Shown here: positions 56,401 through 64,000 of the stretch, piece by piece
Numbering within the stretch: position 1 is the first letter of the stretch
How the letters are laid out: each line of letters opens with the position of its first letter
NCBI RefSeq assembly: GCF_964204645.1
Contig: NC_134026.1
Location: 1,387,950-1,451,949 of the forward strand
Direction of reading: 5' to 3'
Source: Tubulanus polymorphus
Taxonomy: Eukaryota; Animalia; Nemertea
DNA: 64,000 nucleotides
Position numbers and translations under genes: made by a program
The notes under the pieces: model-generated
The model's input: the letters and a program-made list of their open reading frames with translations, nothing else
Databases searched by the model: none
What the model was told of the DNA's origin: nothing

Positions 56401-57886
56401 CTCTTGTTTATTGTGTAATACATACTGGTGTGTAATTATTCATGACTGATTTATTACTGAGTTTGAGGGTGGCAAATGAATTACAAATAACATCGAACTC
56501 CGCAATGCGATGTACAAGCAAATTTCATCACCGATTTATGCACAGGCGCTGAATGGTCAATACATACCGGTATGCAAGTATTCATTATATCTGATTTATT
56601 ATAGAGTTTGAGGGTGACGAGCGAGTTCGCACGTGCGCGGAAATTCCTTCAAGATGCGCAGAAGTTAAAACCATCGAGTTCAGAAATAAACAAAGAATTA
56701 TCCGTTTTAAACGAGTAAGTTTTTCCTTATTTGCGTAGCAATGTATCTCATCATTCAACTGTGGTCAACATCGCGTATCTGAAATGTATTTTTTTTCAGG
56801 AACGTGAAAAGCTTCAACGCGAACGAAAGAGATTTCTGGAGAAGGGCATTTAGTGGAGGCACTGATGGTTCGTATTACTATCTATCATTAGAATTACTGC
56901 CAATTGATTGTGGAAAAGTTATACAAAATATATAGTATAACTATTATGTGTTATCCGAATCAGAGGATTTATATTTCATATATAGTGTCACAAAAATATT
57001 GCCACACACATCTGAATTGAACAGTTATCACTGAGTTGATCAGATCCGACTTCAGTGGAGTCTACTTTTTATGTATTTCGTATAGGTTCATTCACATTTA
57101 TTGATATTAACTTGATTTAATGCGCATACATAGAATGTGGATAGATCTATTTTTCATGTTGAGTTACTGTTCACTTCAGCAAGATGATTGAGACTATCGC
57201 ATAGATCAGATGGCTTCCATAACTTAATGCAACTGTTTAGAATTAAATCGATCAGTTTTCAGTAGAATGGTATTCGTATTTGTAGATGCGACGGAAACAA
57301 TCGAAACGAAAGGGAGCGAACTTTTGACGAGTCGCCCGGATTCCGAATTCAGGCGATTGATAGAAGACAAACTCATGTAGGTTTACTGATCGTGATGTCA
57401 TCGTAGCGATGTTCTATCCTCTTTCTCACAGGTTTGAAAACTTACTTCAGTAGAAAACTCTGTCTTAGTAGAACGAATCTCTTTGCGGGAGGATGTGTGT
57501 TTGTTAGTGAGGAACAACTTGGGTTTGGCATGAGCAAGTCGGAACTGTTATTTTAGCCGACTTGTTTGTTGATTTTCCGATCCAACTTACACAAGTTTTA
57601 GCGTATTATTGTCGCCTGAAAATTGTGATCGTTAAATTTTTCAGCGATTTCAAAAACGATGAAGAGAAGACTGATTTGCCATTTTTCGGCGGTAGTATGT
57701 CGGTGCAAGAGATGGCAATTATTGGTGAGACGGCGAAAAAACTCGGTATCAGCGTCGTTCATAGAGGAGAAGTGAGTGTTGATCAATGTGTATGAGGTAT
57801 TTTCGTTTAATCTGTGAAACTGAATTTTTTTTTATTTGCAGGGCACGAATCTCGAGATAAAATTTTCTAAAAATAGCGAAGCGTAG
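53423..57886 (+). CDS. FKBP6: FKBP6/shutdown-like FKBP-type PPIase + TPR co-chaperone with a C-terminal R3H-like extension (start exon uncertain, possibly 52891-52929)
   Basis: Exons 53423-53588, 53895-54101, 54777-54866, 55234-55365, 55733-55803, 55889-55948, 56027-56086, 56180-56377, 56605-56714, 56800-56867, 57286-57376, 57645-57771, 57842-57886. FKBP motifs VHYNGFLEYSDEPYDSSRLR, GWEIAVKTMKKGE, YGPRGCPPRIP, ILFEIEVL; TPR-like NYLNLARCALRQGEYERARSNCRKALDI. Confidence 0.9.
54381..54670. mobile_element. MITE in an FKBP6 intron, TIR CAGGGGCGGAT, 5-bp TSD CAATG
   Basis: CAGGGGCGGATCCAG ... CTAAATCCTCCCCTG with CAATG on both flanks. Confidence 0.8.
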
Positions 57887-58230
57887 AAACGTTAGAAGAA
57901 ACGGATACACGTGAACTCGGTTAATAATTATAGCTTCAGCTTTGACGGCTTATCACAGTTTTACTGAATATTATTATTCATAACGCCTTTACTTTAATCA
58001 TGAGAACCATAATACAGTGAGGTTCGATGTACTCGATATGCATTTATGTTAAGTGTCATAATTTACTAAACGTCTTCCACCGATTTACTGAATGTATTAC
58101 AGTATGTTGTTTCTGTTAAAATCATATTTTTGTACCGTTAACTCTGCTGATCGTGTCCAAATGTTATTGTTACGTCTTAAAGCGAGATAACATTTATATA
58201 TAAGACCATATTGAGATTTTCCTGAACTAG

Positions 58231-58404
58231 TAGTCAACCCCCGATATACCGCCCTCCCATTTACCGCCATTTCGCCTACCGCCAGGTTTTCTCAATGTAA
58301 ATCTCAATAAAAATGCATTGTAAAACACCCCCGATATACCGCCATACTCTCTATACCACCAAAATCGTTTTGCACCGATGTGGGCGATATATCGAGGTTG
58401 ACTC
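58231..58404. mobile_element. Tc1/mariner-pogo-like MITE
   Basis: AGTCAACCCCCGATATACCGCCC ... GGGCGATATATCGAGGTTGACT inverted termini; internal TACCGCC repeats. Confidence 0.7.
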
Positions 58405-60959
58405 TACATCTACGGGTATTATGCTTAAGTCATGCTGTGTTCAAGAAGTATTTGGTGCTACTAAAGTGAAAATTCATGAAATAAAAACTAAGGAAATGCT
58501 GAAACGTTTAGTACCGGTGTATTATAAAATACATATATATATATTTGTGTTAATATGTTATAGTTTTTTCATGTTCAGTATTCATTCAGCTTTAAAACCA
58601 GGTTCTTACGGATCGGGGAAATCGAATTCATGGAAATCCGGATTTACTTTTCCCTGCAGAGAAAATAGGGGAATTCTGACTTCTTGAAAATCATGAAATT
58701 TCAATGTTTGGTGTTATCCCGTAAGGAACATGAACCTCTTGATAAGAAACGGCTGCCATTGACAACATACCTCGCTATTTAATGAGGAACTTTTTGATTC
58801 ACTGATCAGTAAGAACCCCGTGAAACATTGTTTAAAGTTTTAAAAGTTGGTATCACTGTAACATTCAATCATGTATCTTGCTATTTACCAATCATCATAC
58901 CGGTACTCGTACTATAACCTGCTTGTACATATGACTCGCGCATCTGATGGGTAAGAACAAAGTAAATATATAATCATTTAGCTACCAATTATATATGTAT
59001 ATGTATATACATACATATGTATGTATGTAAGTAAGTTGAGTGGATTTGGTTATATATGATCGATAGGATATTTGTTCTTGCTATCTTCTCTGTTTTGTAC
59101 ATATTAAACTGAACAAACCTTGCTGGCTAGGTGGTCTAGAAAGTTTGTGTGTCGGTTATTCACGTACATGTTAGTAGCATTAGCACTTTACTGAGATTGT
59201 GTTGTCTTAACCCAACTATAGTGTAATATATAGTATTCCGTGTTTTCGAACGAACGATTCTCTCTCCGGTTTCAGTTTCAGTCGACGAACGTGAAGTTGA
59301 TAGTGAAATAAATTGATTTTTATACATTTATCTACAATTTCAAGAGTTTTTTTTTCTTTTTTATTCGTAAAAGGAATTCACAGAATCGCGGCAGATTTGA
59401 ATGTTGACGCCCGCGTGTATATGTGTACAAAAAGTGTCAATTTACCGTTATTTTGAATTTGAAATCAATGATAGCTTACTCTCAATTCTATGTATGAGCG
59501 GGTTCTTTAACCTTTTCTTGAAATAGTTTTTCTGGCGGTTTTTCGTTGATTTACATCTCGCGGGTGTGGTATACTCTAGGATGAAGCCGAAGAAGTGGGT
59601 GAGCGCTTGTACGGTGTGGTTTGATTACTTTATAATACACCTGTATCGCAGAACCGAACTATACACACTTCATCTAGAAATAACCGAATAGAAAATGATA
59701 TTTCTATAAATGTATGGAATTTATTGATGAAAAGATCTCAGTTTCATTCGCTACCGATCATTGACAAGACAAAGGCGGTTTCAAAAAAAATCGTCTGCAG
59801 CGCTGTGTCTGTTAAAGCCGTTATGTTTAAATAATTCTTTTTAAATAATTGACCAATTATAGGATATGACGGAATAAAGTAGTCTAGCATCGTGTTTGTT
59901 AACCGGGTGTCATTTAATTTTCTTTATTGTTTATTTACCGAATTTTATTCGCTGGTTTTATATGCCAATGACGTCATCATATTCTATAAATATAGAAAAG
60001 TATGTTTTCATAAAACAGATGTTCTCGACGATACAACTATTTATATGAGCAGGTTGTTTCTAACTATAGAACTGGGGGGTGTTGTAAAAGTTCAAGTGCC
60101 GTCTATTCCATCCAAATTACGAAGTTACATGTCTTAAATCGGGTTCATATTACCGGGAAGAATCCATTGGTGCTGACCATTGACCGATCGGCTGATTGGA
60201 CATTTTTCCGGGAGGTCTTGGCTTGGACCTACGCGGGGTTAGGAAAATAAAAACGTTTAGATGCGTTGATCTTCCAGCGAATGTTTTTCGTCGCGTAATT
60301 GGCGATGGATGAATTGTTGGCATTTTCGTAGATACTGCACTAACACGTTTGCATTCCCATCACATGTAACAGTTTTGATCGTAAAAAAGTAATTACGCGC
60401 TGGATATAGACAATGGAAATTCCGAGAAATCCTCCATTCTCGGGGCTTCTCACCTCTCAGGAATTTATCTTTGCACCGAAGCCCGCTATTTCCAATCGGT
60501 ACCGAGGTTTAGGATGCTAGACTACACCTTCACAAACGATAATACACGTAGACCTATATAAGTGTATTAAAGCACACAGTCATTTGGACTGTAGTGGGTA
60601 AGTAAGAAATGTATCCATAGATCAACGTGAATAACAATATTATATTCACCAGCAAATACAACTTCGGCTGAGCTGGTTAAATTTTTAATGATTTAACAAT
60701 GATTAACGCTACTCGCCATCACCATTGGCTACATCAGCATCCTTGTCAACTGAGGCCGAATGCAATACATTCTCTTGTACTATAACGAACGAGCACTGCT
60801 GTTACGCCCATCTTGACCGATCAACCAAAATTGTGTCTGGTAAGATATGTGTAGTTATGACTAGGTTGTAATGACTGAAAGGGTCCGACAAACGTTATAC
60901 CCGCAAGCACACAGGCGGGCTCGAGAACAAAAACACAATGGGTATAGGACAGGTTCTCT

Positions 60960-62167
60960 TCAATCTGGTTCGCTGCTGAGTATACCAACTTTTCTACCAA
61001 CCCAGCGACATTTCTCTTTTACTTCTTCTTGCATGAGGTTGAAACACATCGCCAATACGGATAATCCAAACGCTAGGTAAAGAGCACAGGCCACCAGTTT
61101 CTCCTGCGAGGCCCACGAGCCCAATTTCATTCCTGGGACAATATCTCCGAATCCTATAGTACTTAATGTTACAAAACAGAAGTAGGAACCGGTTAAATAG
61201 TCCCAGCCTTCCCAACGCGCGAACAAAATCGACCCGAAGAAAACGTACCCTGCAATAAGTAGTAAACACAAAACAATCGGGACTCGTACTTTCTGTTCTT
61301 TGTGAGACTTATGTTCGACTTCGATATCGACACTTTTTGTATGTTTTAGGGCGCTAATTCTATCTAGGTTGCGGCTTCTATGTTTTGCACTTCCACTGGC
61401 GCTACCACCGCTTTCTTCACCGGCGGCGGCTAATGCAAACATTGCTTCCGTGTCACTTTTCCATCGTTTATCCTTTCGACGATTTCGTTTTCGTCGATTT
61501 GATCTGTTACGACGTAAACGAGCTCGTCTAGCCGTTTCTTCTTCCTGAATTTCCTCTGGTGTTTTAGCCTCCTGTTCCGGATTGCTTTCGCCGAAACCGT
61601 TCGTCAAGTCGGTTTCCTTGCAATCCAACAACTCGTTGACACTGATCAAGATATCTTCGTCTTTCAACAGAATTTTTGTATCTTCGAGCGACAAATTCCC
61701 GCTTTTGAATTCGTCGTATTGGTAAAACAAATCCGCAAAATCTGTCGGAGTTTCTACATGATTTTCCTCGCAATGTTCTAACAAGCTTGTCTCCGTCAAC
61801 GTACTTTCACGATTTGGCGTATCCTTTGCGTTCTTGCCTCCTTTAGCTTCGTCTTTATTAGTTTTTTCTTTTTTAGTTTTCTTCTTTTTGCCCTTTTTAT
61901 TGGCTTTAGTGTCGTTTTCGATCGGATGTTGTTGACTATTTTCTGGATCGACGTCCGTACCGGCTCGTCGCCGACGATTCTGCTTCGAAGCTCGGAAACA
62001 AATACAACATACTCCGCAGCAAACCCGAGCGTATAACATTCGAAAGCAGTCCGCAAGAAAATCGCCGATATTAGCGAGACACAGGAAAGTAAGGGGTATT
62101 CCGATCAATGCATAAAGTATCGTCGCTACACGCCCAGTCTTGGTTTTGGGCGCCACGTGACCATATC
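60960..62167 (-). CDS. Two-pore-domain K+ channel (K2P/TWiK family), last exon; earlier exons were not found in the window
   Basis: Acceptor at 62168. GYGHVAPKT (end of P1), M2 TILYALIGIPL, M3, P2 YFCFVTLSTIGFGDIVP, M4, stop at 60960. Confidence 0.93.
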
Positions 62168-62412
62168 CTGAAACAGAAAAAAAGAAACTAACAATTTCGA
62201 TTCAAAATTAGTGTGTATTCAAAGGTCACGGGGAAAGTGACAATGAATGAAATTACATTGACCGATGCAGCCAATAAAAGTAGTTTAGAAGAGTTTTACG
62301 TCCCAACAGCAAGTAACAGTGTAACCCTAGTGGGTCTTAAGAGAGATGGCTCACAACCTGACTATACGTAAGTAAACAGAGTTTAGTCCATGTATATGTC
62401 TAGGCAGCCAAC

Positions 62413-62483
62413 GCCAGAGGTGGTTTCGAAGCAGGGACCTCTTTGTTCCCAGTCCTCCACTCAACCAACTTAGCTAACTGCAC
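62413..62483 (-). mobile_element. tRNA-derived SINE head or tRNA pseudogene in the K2P intron
   Basis: A-box-like TAGCTAAGTTGG and B-box-like GCTTCGAAACC at tRNA-like spacing; cloverleaf degenerate. Confidence 0.55.
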
Positions 62484-64000
62484 AGGATAAGTCTATTTGA
62501 TCAGTAGCTATACAGATTGATGTCATACGATATATACGTATGTATTACGTGACATATTGAGTAACACTATCCGAGCGTGTGATCTCGTTAATGGGATTTC
62601 TATTCGGGTTCTAGGCAGAGAAACTTTCTCTGCAGCTTTTGCCTGATATTGTGCAGACGGTAACAAGAAAATATTAGATTTCTGTGAGTGAGGAACTTTG
62701 GCTGACATTGGTTTTATCCGTGTATATCAAGAAAAATAACGTGATCTGTACAGAGCGATTCGGCTGCTAGATAAAAGGATTATAGAACACTGTGGAAGCA
62801 AAATCTTTTCAAGTTTGTCTGTTTTTGCTAAGAAAACATTATTTTTTACTATCTATCCATTTGCTTGTACCTACTGTCGGTGCGCACATAACTTAACGTT
62901 GCGAGGTGCAATACGCGTTGAAAAGGTCAGAATTACTAACATTCTCTGGAAATAAATTACGCAAACGAACATACTGTTCGAAACAATTACTTCAAAATAT
63001 TTAAGGAGCCAGACCTTGGTAATTGGTGCTCATTCACTATGCGCTACACCTGTCCTTTTACAAGTTCAGTCCCGTAAAGCGCTACTACGGTCATTACTCT
63101 AACGAAAGATTTCTAGATCATTAAACTAAATGGTTCTAGAATTGCCGAATTCCAACGTGAATGAAGATAAAACTATTGCGGTAACCGACGCTGTTAGTAA
63201 CGGATGGGGTTTGTTTGAAGTTTCAGCTGTTTATTGAAAATGAAAGGATGAATGTCTTTTGTAAAAACACTGATAGCTATCGGCATTCGATATAAAAATC
63301 ATTTACATCCACGAAAAAAATGCGACAATTTTTGCAAGTTGAAATTTCGAATCTTTTCCTGAAAACGAATATTGTGACTGCGTTTGCTGATCTAATTGCG
63401 AGCGCATACGAATCACATTTTCCATATTACGTTTGCGAACACTTATTGAACGCAAATCATCAATGTGAGATATATCTTCGACTGTTCGAAAAAACCCTGG
63501 ATGCACTTGTCCTTCGAAACCAGTACCATATACACTCACTAATATCCCGATAATCTAAGAGAGACAGAACTAGTATGTTAAAATCTCGTGACGAAACCTC
63601 TTCTCTATCTTCGCGATATAGAATTTTCGTCATCTTGGTGTATATATTAAAAATGAAAATTCTCTCGGCAACAGACTCGTTGGCGGGTCAGATGAGTTGT
63701 AAGAATTACTAGGGATCACATACTCAATCAATATTTGTTAATATGTTCGCGTATTCTGCAGATATTTGCGGAAAATGTCACTTTGAGCATCTCAAGGATT
63801 TTTCGAGTGGCGTTCGCGACGCACGACGGGTATTCTTTTTAACGATTTAACGTTTAAATTTGACGTTAAGTTATCTAAATGACGCGGCGACTCGTCACCA
63901 CTAAGAGTCTGGCAAGTTGCATACGTCCCATGTGAAGCCGTACTCTTTCTCATCGTATTTTCCAGTATATAACATATCCATGTTCTCAGTTTTTGGTGCG

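Noticed and set aside
62523-63553. Short ORFs as upstream K2P exons
   Set aside because: No M1/P1 motifs; region looks intronic

Overview
AT-rich, intron-dense eukaryotic (animal, probably invertebrate) genomic DNA. Most ORF-track entries are exon fragments or spurious, so exon models were built by hand from splice sites and reading phase. Contents: (1) first coding exon (signal peptide) of a secreted or membrane protein running off the left edge (- strand); (2) a complete type-I ferlin (myoferlin/dysferlin-like, - strand, ATG 38682, 49 core exons, about 2003 aa) with an alternative first exon, duplicated mutually exclusive exons, many micro-exons and duplicated C-terminal exons; (3) CCDC142 (+), head-to-head with the ferlin; (4) a ~2.3-kb inverted-repeat-bounded island (49945-52270) with a TATA-preceded small TM ORF and a ~250-bp inverted repeat whose mismatches are strongly biased to G.U wobble pairs on the minus-strand RNA (candidate hairpin-RNA locus, the most unusual feature); (5) FKBP6/shutdown-like co-chaperone (+) with an extra degenerate R3H-like C-terminal domain; (6) last exon of a two-pore K+ channel (-) with an EF-hand-like motif in its cytoplasmic loop; plus several MITE families (some with 5-bp TSDs), a tRNA-derived SINE-like head and a hammerhead-like palindrome. 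All counts are manual and nothing was checked against databases.
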